Positions 29,382-39,918 of a stretch of 64,000 nucleotides of DNA are shown here, one piece after another. Source of the stretch: a virus; the IMG/VR virus record IMGVR_UViG_3300031834_000001, positions 28,859 through 92,858 of that record; one strand, written 5' to 3'. Numbering within the stretch: position 1 is the stretch's first letter; every line of letters begins with the position of its first letter. A model generated the notes under the pieces. It searched no databases, had not been told where the DNA came from, and saw only the letters and a list, made by a program, of their open reading frames with translations. A program made the position numbers and the translations under genes.

Positions 29382-30686
29382 ATGACCATCGACGAAACCA
29401 GCGCCCAGTACGCCCAGGCGTTCGCCGACATGAAGGCCGCCGACGGTAAGGACGATGAGGCCGCCTTCATCGAAGCCGAGGGCCGCATGACCGCCGCTAA
29501 GACTAAGCTGATCCGCGCCGAGAAGTTGGGCACCGAGGAACGTTGGAGTAGCAAGCCCCCGGAGGACGACAAGCCTCCGACGGACGATCCAACGGCCCCG
29601 GAAGCCCGGTCCGAACCCCCGTGTCCCCGCCTCTACCGGAACCTTGGCGAGCAACTGGTCGATGTGGTCCGAGCGGGCAGGGGCCACGCGCCCGACAAGC
29701 GCTTGCTCCAACTGAACGACTACGAGGCTCGCGTCTCCGGCATGTCCGAGGGCGTCCCCGCTGACGGAGGCTGGATGGTCCAGACCGACTCCGCCACCGA
29801 GTTGATTAAGACGACCTGGGAGACGAACGTCCTCGCGGGAAGATGCCGGACGTGGCAACTGTCCACCAGCGCGAATTCCATGAAGGTTCCCGCCGTGGAT
29901 GAAACCTCCCGCGCCACCGGATCCCGTTGGGGTGGCGTCCAGGTCTACTGGGAAACCGAAGGCGAGTCAACGAGTGGCAAGAAGATCAAACTCTCCTTCG
30001 TCCGGCTGGAACTGAAAAAGATGAAGGGCGTCGCCTATCTGTCCTCGGAACTCCTGGAAGACGCGCCTCTCATGCAGGATTGGGTCAATCAGGCGTTCCC
30101 GGAGGAAATGGGCTTCATGCTCGACGACGCCATCTTCCGTGGCGACGGAGCCAGTCAGCCTCTCGGCTTCACCAACGCCGCTTGCTTGGTCACTGTAGCC
30201 AAGCGAACCAATCAGGTAGAGGACACCATCCTCGCCGAGAACGTCATCGACATGTGGGCGCGAGTGGCTCCATCCTGCAAGCCTCGCTCCGTCTGGCTCA
30301 TCAACTCCGAGGTTATGACGGAACTCCCCAAGATGACCATCAACGTGGGCACCGGCGGCTCCGTCGTCTACATGCCCGCCGGTGGGTTGGCTGGCCTCCC
30401 CTATGGAACTCTCTACGGCCGCCCGGTCCTCGAAATCGAGCAGGCGTCCGCCCTGGGCGACGTGGGCGACATCTGCTGCGTCGATCTCACCCAGTACTAC
30501 CTGGCCAGAAAGCGCGGCGTCCAGGCCGCGACCTCCATCCACGTCAAGTTCGTCGAAGAGGAAACGGCCCTCCGGTGGTCCATGCGCGTCGATGGCCAAC
30601 CCGCTTGGAAGTCAGCCCTCACCCCGTATAAGGCCAAGTCCGGCAACACCATCTCCCCGTTTGTCACCCTGGCCGCCCGCGCCTAA
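29382..30686 (+). CDS. HK97-fold major capsid protein
   Basis: ADGGWMVQ, SSELLEDA, GDGASQPLG, LYGRPV, ETALRWSMRVDG. Confidence 0.95.
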   Translation: MTIDETSAQYAQAFADMKAADGKDDEAAFIEAEGRMTAAKTKLIRAEKLGTEERWSSKPPEDDKPPTDDPTAPEARSEPPCPRLYRNLGEQLVDVVRAGRGHAPDKRLLQLNDYEARVSGMSEGVPADGGWMVQTDSATELIKTTWETNVLAGRCRTWQLSTSANSMKVPAVDETSRATGSRWGGVQVYWETEGESTSGKKIKLSFVRLELKKMKGVAYLSSELLEDAPLMQDWVNQAFPEEMGFMLDDAIFRGDGASQPLGFTNAACLVTVAKRTNQVEDTILAENVIDMWARVAPSCKPRSVWLINSEVMTELPKMTINVGTGGSVVYMPAGGLAGLPYGTLYGRPVLEIEQASALGDVGDICCVDLTQYYLARKRGVQAATSIHVKFVEEETALRWSMRVDGQPAWKSALTPYKAKSGNTISPFVTLAARA

Positions 30687-30765
30687 CCTAGCTCCCCCGG
30701 CCCGGACCCCGACGGCCTAACCGCCATTTGGGTCCGGGTCTCCCAATTGAAAGGAGGCAAGCGTA

Positions 30766-31239
30766 ATGCCTGGTGACAGCATCTTCTACGTCTCTCAGAT
30801 GGGCCATGTCGTCAACGTCCTGCCCCCGAAGGACATCACCGGCGGGGCCACCACGGGCGTCGTGTTCTCGATGGCGACCTACAGCCACGCCAGCGTCATC
30901 CTCCAGTTCGGCGTGACCGGCGCGGCTTGCACGGTGACCGTCGAGGAGTGCGACGCCTTCTCGCCGACGTCCCATCCCGACATCACCTTCAACGTCCACA
31001 AGGAGGAGACGGACTCCGGGGACACCCTGGGGGCTCTGGTCTCCGCGGCCACTCTGGCCACCTCGACCAACAACAGCATCATGTACGTGATCGAACTCGA
31101 CGCCGCCCAACTCTCCGAGGGCTACCCCTACGTCCGGCTCAACTGGTCCAACCCGGGCCAAGCGACCCTCGCGTCCGCCGTGGCCATCCTGTCGGGCGCG
31201 AGATACGCCTCCGACCAGTCCGCCACCGTGATCGCCTAA
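30766..31239 (+). CDS. Capsid decoration/cement-like protein
   Basis: Directly after MCP; beta-rich; TVEEC...YPYVRL; AAAGGAGG RBS. Confidence 0.6.
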   Translation: MPGDSIFYVSQMGHVVNVLPPKDITGGATTGVVFSMATYSHASVILQFGVTGAACTVTVEECDAFSPTSHPDITFNVHKEETDSGDTLGALVSAATLATSTNNSIMYVIELDAAQLSEGYPYVRLNWSNPGQATLASAVAILSGARYASDQSATVIA

Positions 31240-31333
31240 CCACCTAGTTCCCCCCATCCGGGCGGGTCCGACCCCAGAAACCGGGCCCGCCCGGATCGCC
31301 CTACCCATCAGCCCAACCAGGAGGGACCCTGAA

Positions 31334-34300
31334 ATGGCTACTGGTTCTCGCTCTGCGCTGTCTTGGAGGAATGTCCCCGGAGGTATGCCCGCCGTCATCG
31401 ACACCGGCCGCTACCCCGGCACTGTTTTCTGGGTTGACAGCACCAACTCGAACGCCGGAGACACCTCCGGCCACGGGTCGGAGCCGGACGGCCCGTTCGC
31501 CAGCATCAACTACGCCGTTACGCAATGCACGGCCAGCAAGGGTGACACGATTATCGCCATGCCCGGCCACGTGGAGACAGTCACCGCCGCTGGCGGACTC
31601 GCCTTCGGCGTTATCGGCGTGAAGGTCATCTTCCAGGGCGAAGGGTCGTCCCGCGCCACCATCAACTTCACCACGGCCGCGTCCGCCGACATGGACATCA
31701 CCGCCGCCAACGTGAGCCTCATCGGCCCCCGTTTCCTAGTCGGAGTGGACGCCCTCACTAACCCGATCCACATTGCCGCCGCCGACTGCCTCATCAAGGA
31801 CGCCGAGTGGTACGACGCCCCGGCCAAGGCGGCCATCGACTGCGTGGTGGCCACCGCCGCCGCCTCTCGCCTGGTCATCGACGGTTGGAAGTTCTTCGCC
31901 TCGACCACCGGCACCCAGAAGCAGTCGAGCATCCAGGTAGGCGCGGCCGCCAACGTGGTTCTCAAGAACATCTGGATCGCGGGCGACTTCGGCACCGGTA
32001 ACATCGAGAACGGCACGGCCTGGGCGAACGTCCTGATCGCCGACGTCGTCCTGGAAAACACGAACGTCGGGCCTGTGCCGGGTATCACCCTGGCGGCCAC
32101 CGCCACCGGGAACGTCGTCAACGCCAAGGTCACCATCGCCTCCGGCACGGTCCCCATCACGGCGAACAACGACATGCAGTGGTACGACTCCGGCTACAGC
32201 ACGACCGACGCTTCGGCCTGGGGCACCATTGGCGTCATCCCGGCCGCTGGGCTTGAGGGCAAAGTGGACCTCGTCCTGGCCGACACGACCACCATCAAGC
32301 TGACTGCCGCTGACGCCAAGATCGACACGACCGCCGTTGCGGCCGCGCCAGTTCTCAACTCCCTGGGCCGTTTCATCTACTCTGGCGGCACGGCGCGCGG
32401 CACTCCCCTGGCCGACTCGAAGTCCTTGGTGGACGCTCTCGGCACGGACGGCACGACGATGTCGGACAACACCACCAGCATCGTGGGTATTCTCGGCGTG
32501 AACGACGCGGACAACGCTTTCGTCTCATCCGCCGTGGTCGCCAACGCTGACGGGTCCATCCTCGAACGCCTGGAGTTCGCGCAGAACCAGGCCAACAAGC
32601 TCGACGCCGTGACCCTTGCCGCCGCGCCGGTCGCCGGTTCCCTGGCTCGCTTCGTCGCCTCCGGCGGCACGGCCCTCGGCACGGCCCTGGCGGACTCCAA
32701 GTCCCTCGTGGACGCCTTGGGCAGCAACGGCACAACGGTCGCCGACTCGGCCACCTCGGTCCTCGGTGCTATCGGCGCGAACAACGCCGACAATGCCTTC
32801 ACCTCGGCCGCCGTTGTCGCCAATGCCGACGGTTCCGCCCTTGAGCGCCTGGAGTTCGTCCAGACGAAGGTCGGCTCGCCCGTCGGGGCTTCCGTGTCCG
32901 CCGACATTGCCACCATCGACGCCCACACCGACAAGATTGACTCGGCGAGCCTGGCTGTCGCGCCGACCGCTGGCTCCTTGGCGACCTTCATCGCCTCTGG
33001 CGGCGTCGCGCTCGGGACGGCCCTCGGTGCGTCCAAGTCCATCCTCGACGCCCTCGGCAGCAACGGCCTAGCGGTTGCGGATTCGGCAGTGTCCGTCCTT
33101 GGCGCGGTTGGCGCGAACAACGCGGATAACGCTTTCGGCTCGGCCGCCGTGGTCAGCAATGCCGACGGCTCCGTTCTGGAGCGCGCGGAGTACATCCAGG
33201 CCCAGGTGGCCTTGGTCAAAGCGGTCACCGATGTCGAGGCCGCCGCTCTAGGCACGAACGGCACGGCAGTCACCGACTCGGCGGTCTCGGTCCTCGGAGC
33301 CATCGGCGCGAACAACGCGGATAACGCATTCTCGTCCGCTGCCGTTGTCGGCAACGCTGACGGGTCTGTCCTGGAACGCCTGGAGTTCGTCCAGACCAAG
33401 GTGGGCTCGCCGGTCGGGGCTTCCGTGTCCGCCGACATCGCCACCATCGACGCCAACACCGACAAGATTGACTCGGCGAGCCTGGCGGTCAACCCGACGG
33501 CGGGCTCTATGGCTCGCTTTGTCGCCTCTGGTGGAACCGCTCTCGGCACGGCCCTGGCCGACTCCAAATCCCTCGTGGACGCCCTGGGCACCAACGGTAC
33601 CACGGTTGCCGACTCGGCCACCTCCGTCCTCGGCGCGATCGGCGCGAACAACGCGGATAACGCTTTCACCTCGGCGGCCGTGGTTGCCAACGAGGACGGC
33701 TCCGTACTGGAGCGCATCCAGTGGAACCAGGAGCAGGTTGCCGTTACCTACGCTGCGGCCAACAAAATCGACGGCGCTACCCTGGCTGTCTCTCCTGTCG
33801 CGGGTTCCATGGCTCGTTTCGTGGCCTCTGGCGGTACCGCGCTGGGCACGCCTCTCGCGGATAGCAAGTCCCTGGTGGACGCCCTGGGCACCAACGGGAC
33901 CACCCTGGTTGACTCGGCGACCTCCATCGTCGGCATCCTCGGCGTGGATGATGCCGATAACACATTCGCCTCGACCAACGTCGTCGCCAATGAGGACGGA
34001 TCAATCCTGGAACGCCAGGAGTTCGTCCAGTCGAAGGTGGGCACGCTGGCCAACGCGGGCGGCACGGTCACTCTTGGCGGCATCTTCGGCGACGTGGCCA
34101 ATATCAGCATGGCCACCCGGCTCGACTCGGCGACCAAGAAGACCGTCATCGCCGACGGTACCGCGATCCCCAACAACACCCAGGCCGCCGCTGGCCTCCT
34201 GGCTACTGCGACCAACGGGGACTGCTACATCGAGGAAATCATCTGGCAGCGCGGCGTGGACAACTTCGTCGGCCCGACGAACTATGAACTCACCACCGAC

Positions 34301-34537
34301 AACGTCGCCGGACTCACCGGGGCCAGCGGTCCCAACGGGGTGGCCATCCTCGCCAAGTTCAACGCGGCCAAGACTGGCGTCCTCTCGCTCGACGGGACGA
34401 CGAAGCAGGTTCCCTTCGTTCTAGAGGCCACAAAGAAACTGTACATCCACGGCGATGACGCGGCGACCTCGGCTGGCGGCACCACCAACTTCTACATCAA
34501 GTACCGCCGGATGGCCGCGAACGCCTACCTCGCCTAG
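31334..34537 (+). CDS. 1067-aa repetitive structural protein (candidate head fibre) with a beta-helix-like N-terminus
   Basis: FWVDS...GSEPDGPFASINYAV...GDTIIAMPGH; six ADNxFxSxxVVxNxDGSxLER repeats. Confidence 0.7.
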   Translation: MATGSRSALSWRNVPGGMPAVIDTGRYPGTVFWVDSTNSNAGDTSGHGSEPDGPFASINYAVTQCTASKGDTIIAMPGHVETVTAAGGLAFGVIGVKVIFQGEGSSRATINFTTAASADMDITAANVSLIGPRFLVGVDALTNPIHIAAADCLIKDAEWYDAPAKAAIDCVVATAAASRLVIDGWKFFASTTGTQKQSSIQVGAAANVVLKNIWIAGDFGTGNIENGTAWANVLIADVVLENTNVGPVPGITLAATATGNVVNAKVTIASGTVPITANNDMQWYDSGYSTTDASAWGTIGVIPAAGLEGKVDLVLADTTTIKLTAADAKIDTTAVAAAPVLNSLGRFIYSGGTARGTPLADSKSLVDALGTDGTTMSDNTTSIVGILGVNDADNAFVSSAVVANADGSILERLEFAQNQANKLDAVTLAAAPVAGSLARFVASGGTALGTALADSKSLVDALGSNGTTVADSATSVLGAIGANNADNAFTSAAVVANADGSALERLEFVQTKVGSPVGASVSADIATIDAHTDKIDSASLAVAPTAGSLATFIASGGVALGTALGASKSILDALGSNGLAVADSAVSVLGAVGANNADNAFGSAAVVSNADGSVLERAEYIQAQVALVKAVTDVEAAALGTNGTAVTDSAVSVLGAIGANNADNAFSSAAVVGNADGSVLERLEFVQTKVGSPVGASVSADIATIDANTDKIDSASLAVNPTAGSMARFVASGGTALGTALADSKSLVDALGTNGTTVADSATSVLGAIGANNADNAFTSAAVVANEDGSVLERIQWNQEQVAVTYAAANKIDGATLAVSPVAGSMARFVASGGTALGTPLADSKSLVDALGTNGTTLVDSATSIVGILGVDDADNTFASTNVVANEDGSILERQEFVQSKVGTLANAGGTVTLGGIFGDVANISMATRLDSATKKTVIADGTAIPNNTQAAAGLLATATNGDCYIEEIIWQRGVDNFVGPTNYELTTDNVAGLTGASGPNGVAILAKFNAAKTGVLSLDGTTKQVPFVLEATKKLYIHGDDAATSAGGTTNFYIKYRRMAANAYLA
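32290..34040 (+). repeat. Six intragenic coding repeats
   Basis: Near-identical DNA blocks, e.g. GAGTTCGTCCAGAC.AAGGT.GGCTCGCC.GTCGGGGCTTCCGTGTCCGCCGACAT at ~32852 and ~33383. Confidence 0.85.
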
Positions 34538-34605
34538 TTCCACCTAGTCCGACACGGAGGGCCTCGCTTCCGACGGAGGCCCTCCCCTACCTGGAGGTCT
34601 GACCC

Positions 34606-35167
34606 ATGGCAACTCCCTTTGAGGAACGGGTCTCCCAGTCCGTCAAGGTTATCAAGTACAGTTGGACCTCCACCGCTGGCGGGGCCGCTTCGGACACCAC
34701 CGCGAACGCCTACGACGGCAAGGTCCTCTGGGTAGTCACGGACCCCGACGGAACCTCCGTCCCCTCGGACAACTACTCCCTCACAATCCTCAACTCCGAC
34801 GGGGTGGACATTCTCGCCGGGGCTTGCCTGGCCAACCGGGATACCGCGAACACGGAGTATGTGGCCGAGGCGTCCCTGGGCTGCGCGGGCAACTCCAAGC
34901 TCACCTTCACCATTTCGGGGGCCGGAGACACCAGGAAAGGTGTGGTGTACCTTTATGTCCGATAAGGTCCTCATTCGCTTCGTCACCCCTCAACCTAAGG
35001 GTCCATCCCTCCCTGGCCGCCCGGAGTGGGTCAGCGAGTCCCAGGCCACCGCACTGGTCCGGGCGGGCCACGCTGAGTATGTGGACTCCACAACTCCCGA
35101 GACGGCCATGGTAGCCCCGGCGGAGAATGCCATGAGGCCGAGTGGTAGAGCGAGGAGGGTGAACTAG
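34606..35167 (+). CDS. Two small virion-region ORFs (34606-34965; 34955-35167)
   Basis: GGAGG RBS; beta-rich first ORF; PETAMVAPAENAM motif typical of small post-capsid genes. Confidence 0.55.
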
Positions 35168-36850
35168 ATGGCCGCATTCCCCTGGTGGATGAAGGCGCAT
35201 CCGGCTACTCCCGGAGATCCCATGGCCAAGCGGTTGGTCACCATTCACCCATTGTATCGGCCCGTCCTACTCTGGCGGGTATTGCGCGACAGGTTGGCCG
35301 TGACCATCGAGGAAACGGCTGGCTCCCCCAGGCTCCCCTGGTGGGTTAAGGTTGGCTCGGACCGGCGCGTCACCCTCCACCCTCTCTACAGGCTATGGTT
35401 TGTCTGCCGAGTCTCGTTGAGGGTCGCCAAGTCGTCCTGGTTCGATCCTAAAAACCTGGTTCGCGGAGAGGAGGCCGGGTAGCCATGTCCGACTGTGACC
35501 ATGACTGGTGCGATTCCGCCTACGTCCTCACCTCTAACCCGCCCCAACGGGATCGCATTTGCCGCAAGTGTGGCCGGGCTGAGCGTGTCGCCACTGGCCC
35601 CTACTATGACGCCGGAGAGTTCGACCGCCTAAAGCGCCAGTTCGGCGGTGGCAAGGTTGAGATCAGAGTTCCCAAGGAGGAGTTCTAGGTGGAGGGTTCC
35701 GCTTTCGATGGATCGCGGGCCAATCGGTTCCGCAAGCGCCCCGTAGTCGTGGATGCCATCCAGTGGACAGGCGAGAACGACCGAGAAGTAGCGGAATTCC
35801 TCGGTCTGCCTACGGATCGGCGGTACAGGGAATTCTCAATCTTGACTCTGGAAGGCCAGATGGTTGTTTCATTGTGGGACTGGATCATCCGAGGAGTCGA
35901 GGGTGAGTTCTACCCCTGCAAGCCCGACGTTTTCGCGCTGACGCACGAACCCGCCTGAAGGACCAGTCCGCCCAGAAAGCGAGGTAGCACCTCCCCATGG
36001 CCCCCGAGCACGCCTCCTGGTTCATCGACTTCTTTCGGCTCCACCGGCTCGACGGGCTACCCGTGGCCGTCCAGCATTACCTAGCCCTCAACGGTTGGGA
36101 AGCCACCCCGGAGAACCGCGAGAGGGCGGTCGCCGAGTTAGTCGAGCCGTACCTGGCGGCGTTGTGACATCCTAGCCGGGCACCAGTCCCGAGTCCGACT
36201 TGAGGAGTGGGATTATGGAGTCCACCGTTACGACCTGGCAGGGACCGTACTCCTGCCCAGACTGCCTCATCGACCGCGCCAAACTGGCCAACCCCTGTTC
36301 CGCCTGCAAGCGGGTAGCGAGGACAGTTGCTGCGCCGCCCGTTCACCTCACGGTCAACCTGTCCACCACCGCCCCTTGGGAGGTTGGCGAGGGCGTGCGC
36401 GAGTTGTTCGCCGCGCTCCGCAGGGAAGGAGTCACCACCCCGCCGCTCGACCCTGCGTGGATCGCCGCCGAGACGGACAGGGCGGTCGCATGGGCTCAAC
36501 GCCTTGCCGCGCGTGCGAAGTCTGGCATCCCGGTTGCCGAGCCCTCCCCGAAGGAGTAGCCGTTGGGCAGGCGGGACAAGGAAAACAAGGAGGTCATATG
36601 AGTCATGGCTACCGAGGGTCACAACTGGAAGGTCGTCTTCCCGAAACCCCACGAAGGTCACGTCTATCTTGACGGCGAGGAACTCCATGAGGTCTGTGCC
36701 GTCACCGTCACCGCTAGGGTCGGGGTAGCGCCCGTACTCACGCTCGAAGTGCGGCCCGGCACTCTAGAGGTCGAGGGTTTCGCTGATGTGGGCTATCCCG
36801 TCAAGGTAATCATAATCGGCACTCCCGCCGAATCCGTCAAGCCTTCCTAG
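35168..36850 (+). CDS. Cluster of small accessory ORFs within the head-neck region (35168-35482, 35485-35688, 35689-35958, 35997-36167, 36215-36559, 36605-36850)
   Basis: 35689 ORF has FRKRPVVVDAIQW...IIRGVEGEFYPCKPDVF, a common phage family; others hypothetical. Confidence 0.55.
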
Positions 36851-36907
36851 TTGTTCCGGTTCCACGGTATCCGCCTAGCGAACCCGAGCCCTCCCCGAAG
36901 GAGTAGC
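36537..36907 (+). repeat. Perfect 24-bp direct repeat CCGAGCCCTCCCCGAAGGAGTAGC (36537-36560, 36884-36907)
   Basis: Read directly from the sequence; flanks ORF 36605-36850. Confidence 0.9.
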
Positions 36908-36912
36908 TGCCT

Positions 36913-37860
36913 ATGCCCGCCCATGTCTCCGTCAAAACTCAGCCCACCGTGGAGCCCGTCTCCCTGGCCGAGTTGAAGGCCGAACTCCGACTCGACTCGG
37001 GCTCCTTGGCCGACAACGTCACCGTCTCGCAATCCATCGCCGCCGGTTCCTACGCCGTCGGCACGCAGACGGGGTCCTCCGTGGATGTCCTCGGCTCCCA
37101 GGCCCTGGCGGTTCTCGATTCCAAGCTCAACGGGTCCGGCGGGACAGTCGATGTCCACCTGGAGGAGTCGGACACCGGGATATCCGCCTGGACCGACGTC
37201 GTCTCGGGCGGCGTGTTCACCCAGGTTACTACGGCTAACGACGGGGCCACCTACGAGAAGGCGTACACCGGGGCCAAGAGGTACGTCCGGGCCATCGGGG
37301 TCATCGCCGGGGTCGCCTGCGAATTCGGGGTCTCCATCCACGCCAAGGTGGGCCAGTCCACCGAGGATGATAGCCTGACTTCCCGTATCTCCGAGGCGCG
37401 CGTGTTGGCCGAGAAGTACGACGGGCGCAGCTATGTGAACCGGACCCTCTACTACCACCTAGACTCTTTCCCCTCTGCGGACTACATTGTGCTACCTCGC
37501 CCGCCCGTCCAATCCGGCACGGCTCCCATAATCACCTATTACGACGAGGACAACGCGGAACTCCCCTTCGCGGCCACCAGTTGGACCCTGGTCGCCACGG
37601 ACATTTTCCGCCCCCGGATTTACCTGAACGACGGGGAGTCCTGGCCGACCACCACCCTCCGGGAATTCAGCGGGGTTCGCGTGGAGTACCTGGCTGGCTA
37701 CGGAGCGACCGCGGCCGCCGTGTTCACTGAGGCCCCCTACATTAAGCGGAACATCATCCGGATAGCCGGGTACCTCCATTCTCACCGGGCAGACGAAGCG
37801 GTGGACATGGACGCCTACCTGCGCTTGCTCTCCTGGCCGGACAGGATGCTCAGCGTATGA
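36913..37860 (+). CDS. Head-tail connector (gp6/gp15-like) with an inserted domain
   Basis: PTVEPVSLAELKAELRLD...[insert]...EDDSLTSRISEARVLAEKY...LPRPPVQS...VRVEYLAGYG. Confidence 0.8.
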   Translation: MPAHVSVKTQPTVEPVSLAELKAELRLDSGSLADNVTVSQSIAAGSYAVGTQTGSSVDVLGSQALAVLDSKLNGSGGTVDVHLEESDTGISAWTDVVSGGVFTQVTTANDGATYEKAYTGAKRYVRAIGVIAGVACEFGVSIHAKVGQSTEDDSLTSRISEARVLAEKYDGRSYVNRTLYYHLDSFPSADYIVLPRPPVQSGTAPIITYYDEDNAELPFAATSWTLVATDIFRPRIYLNDGESWPTTTLREFSGVRVEYLAGYGATAAAVFTEAPYIKRNIIRIAGYLHSHRADEAVDMDAYLRLLSWPDRMLSV

Positions 37861-38189
37861 CCAAGACGACCATCGCCAGCCTGGATACCAGGATAGCCCT
37901 CCAGTCCAATATCCCCACTCGCGGGCCCGGCCTGGGCGTCGTCCCCAACTGGGTCACCTTCGACACCGCCTGGGGCCGGGTGGACGAACAGTCCGGCCGG
38001 GAAGCCCTGCGCGCCGGGCAACTCCAAGCCGAACGGGTAGTCGTGGTCACCATTTGGAAACGCGACGACCTCCGGGCCCGCATGAGGGCCACGTTCGCCG
38101 GGCGCGTCCTGGACATCCAGGGGGTCATCCCGGCCAAGGACGACCCGGCGTTTCAGGAACTCCATTGCGTGGAGGTGGTGGCCGGATGA
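37857..38189 (+). CDS. Head closure protein
   Basis: LDTRIALQ...WVTFDTAWGRV...SGREALRA; position. Confidence 0.8.
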   Translation: MTKTTIASLDTRIALQSNIPTRGPGLGVVPNWVTFDTAWGRVDEQSGREALRAGQLQAERVVVVTIWKRDDLRARMRATFAGRVLDIQGVIPAKDDPAFQELHCVEVVAG

Positions 38190-38689
38190 TTAAGGAGATC
38201 CGAGTCCTCGGCCTGGAACGCTTCAACGACCTGGCCCGCCTGGTCCCCGAGTTACTGACGAAAACCCTGCCGGAGGCGTCTCGCGCCGGGGTCAAGCCCA
38301 TCTTCGACGCCGCCTATGCCATCGCCTCCACGAAGACCGGGAGGATGAAGAAGGCCATGGAGATCGCGGAGGGCGAGCCGGGCGAGTCTCAACTCGGCGG
38401 GATGATGGGCAGATTTGTCGGCCCTGCTACCTCGGCCACCGCCGGGATAACGTTCGGCGACAAAGGCTGGTACTGGCGGCTAGTCGAGAACGGCCACTTT
38501 GTCGCGCCGCGCGGCACCAAACTCAAGCGTGGCAGGCGAGGAACGGCGGCCAAGCGGAGATCGGCGGGGATTCAGTTCGTCCGCGCCCGCCCCTTCCTCC
38601 GGCCCGCCTTCGACACCATGGCAGACGCCGCTACCGCCGCCGACGGCAAGGTTATCGGGGACGCCATGGAGAGGTTGGCCGTAAAATGA
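38186..38689 (+). CDS. HK97 gp10-like neck/tail-completion protein
   Basis: KTGRMKK...WYWRLVENGH...ARPFLRPAFD. Confidence 0.85.
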   Translation: MIKEIRVLGLERFNDLARLVPELLTKTLPEASRAGVKPIFDAAYAIASTKTGRMKKAMEIAEGEPGESQLGGMMGRFVGPATSATAGITFGDKGWYWRLVENGHFVAPRGTKLKRGRRGTAAKRRSAGIQFVRARPFLRPAFDTMADAATAADGKVIGDAMERLAVK

Positions 38690-39141
38690 CCGTCGCCAAT
38701 ATTAAGACTCGCCTCAATGCAGGCATCGCCTCCCGCCTGCTCGCCTACTCCGGCCTAGTCGCCCTCGTCGCCGCCCGGATTTACTCCCAGGACAGCAGGC
38801 CCGACAATGACCCCCTGCCCGCCGTGGAGGTCCAGTGTATCAGTAGCCCCCACGGGTACACCCTGACCGGCTCGGACGGCCGGGGAGTCGCGCGATACCA
38901 GTTCACCGCCATCGCCGCCCAGCCCCAGACGGTCACCGACGCTAGCGGGGTCACCATTGTCGGCGCGGATGAGGTGGCTGGCCAGATTGTCGCGGCCTTC
39001 GACGGCTTCCATGGAACCATGGGCGACGTGGAGGTCCAGGCGGCGTTCGTGATCGACGACGGGCGCGAGGTGCCCAAAGAGGAGGGCCTGGAGATTTACG
39101 GCGTCCAGGTGGACGTCCAGATCATCTACACCATCGACTAA
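38686..39141 (+). CDS. Tail terminator (DUF3168-like)
   Basis: LVALVAARIY...LPAV...RYQFTAIA; position. Confidence 0.75.
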   Translation: MTVANIKTRLNAGIASRLLAYSGLVALVAARIYSQDSRPDNDPLPAVEVQCISSPHGYTLTGSDGRGVARYQFTAIAAQPQTVTDASGVTIVGADEVAGQIVAAFDGFHGTMGDVEVQAAFVIDDGREVPKEEGLEIYGVQVDVQIIYTID

Positions 39142-39201
39142 CCCCCGCTCGCTTAGCTCGACCACTCACCCCCAGTCCTACCCGAAGGAGGCTTTTTCAC
39201 C

Positions 39202-39918
39202 ATGGCTGCCTCTGGAGCCAAGATCGGCTATGGCACTACCCTCACCATCGATGGAACCCTGGTCGGCGAGATTAACAAAATCGGCGGGGTCAGTCTGACT
39301 CAAGGGGAGGCGAAGGTTACCCATCTCGGCTCGGACTCTGGCTACGAGGAATTCAAGCCGACGATGCGCGACGGCGGCACCCTGTCCCTTGAAGGTAACC
39401 TGATTGTTGCCGACGTTGGGCAGATCGCGCTCCTGACCGGCTTCAACGCCGGGACGATCCACACGGTGATCATTACCCTTCCCACCGCCACGGGTTCCAC
39501 GTGGACATTCACCGCATTTTCCAAGGGCCTCAAACTCCCCGGTGATTTCACCAACGAGGGCATGGTCTTCTCGGTCGAATTCCGGATTACCGGGAAGCCG
39601 ACATTCGCCACGGCGGCCTCGGTCAACGTCACCGCCCTAACCGTCACGACCGGCACCCTAGTCCCGACCTTCGCGGCCGCCACGTACTCCTATGTGGCCC
39701 ACGTCGCCACGGACCAGGCGACCGTCACCATGACCGCCACGTTCGCCGCCGGGGTCGCCACCCTCACCTACGGCACGTCCAGCCAGACCCTCACAACCGT
39801 CACGCCGTCCTCGGCTATCACGTTGGGCGCGGCCGGCAGCCTGACCGTGGTCACCATCGTCGTTCAGGAAACCGCGAAGACGCCTAAAACTTACGTCATC
39901 ACGGTCGAACGCGCCTAG
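39202..39918 (+). CDS. Tail tube protein with a C-terminal Ig/cadherin-like domain
   Basis: VTHLGS...EEFKPTMRDGGTLSL...ITGKPT; LVPTFAAATYSY...KTYVITVERA. Confidence 0.85.
   Translation: MAASGAKIGYGTTLTIDGTLVGEINKIGGVSLTQGEAKVTHLGSDSGYEEFKPTMRDGGTLSLEGNLIVADVGQIALLTGFNAGTIHTVIITLPTATGSTWTFTAFSKGLKLPGDFTNEGMVFSVEFRITGKPTFATAASVNVTALTVTTGTLVPTFAAATYSYVAHVATDQATVTMTATFAAGVATLTYGTSSQTLTTVTPSSAITLGAAGSLTVVTIVVQETAKTPKTYVITVERA

Noticed and set aside
32377-33717. Long minus-strand ORFs such as this 446-aa one (also 45818-46894, 8878-9786, 2957-3775)
   Set aside because: Antisense shadows of well-supported plus-strand genes in high-GC DNA; no recognisable motifs or RBS
32290-34040. CRISPR-like or non-coding repeat array
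   Set aside because: The repeats are in-frame protein repeats with synonymous variation inside a 1067-aa ORF
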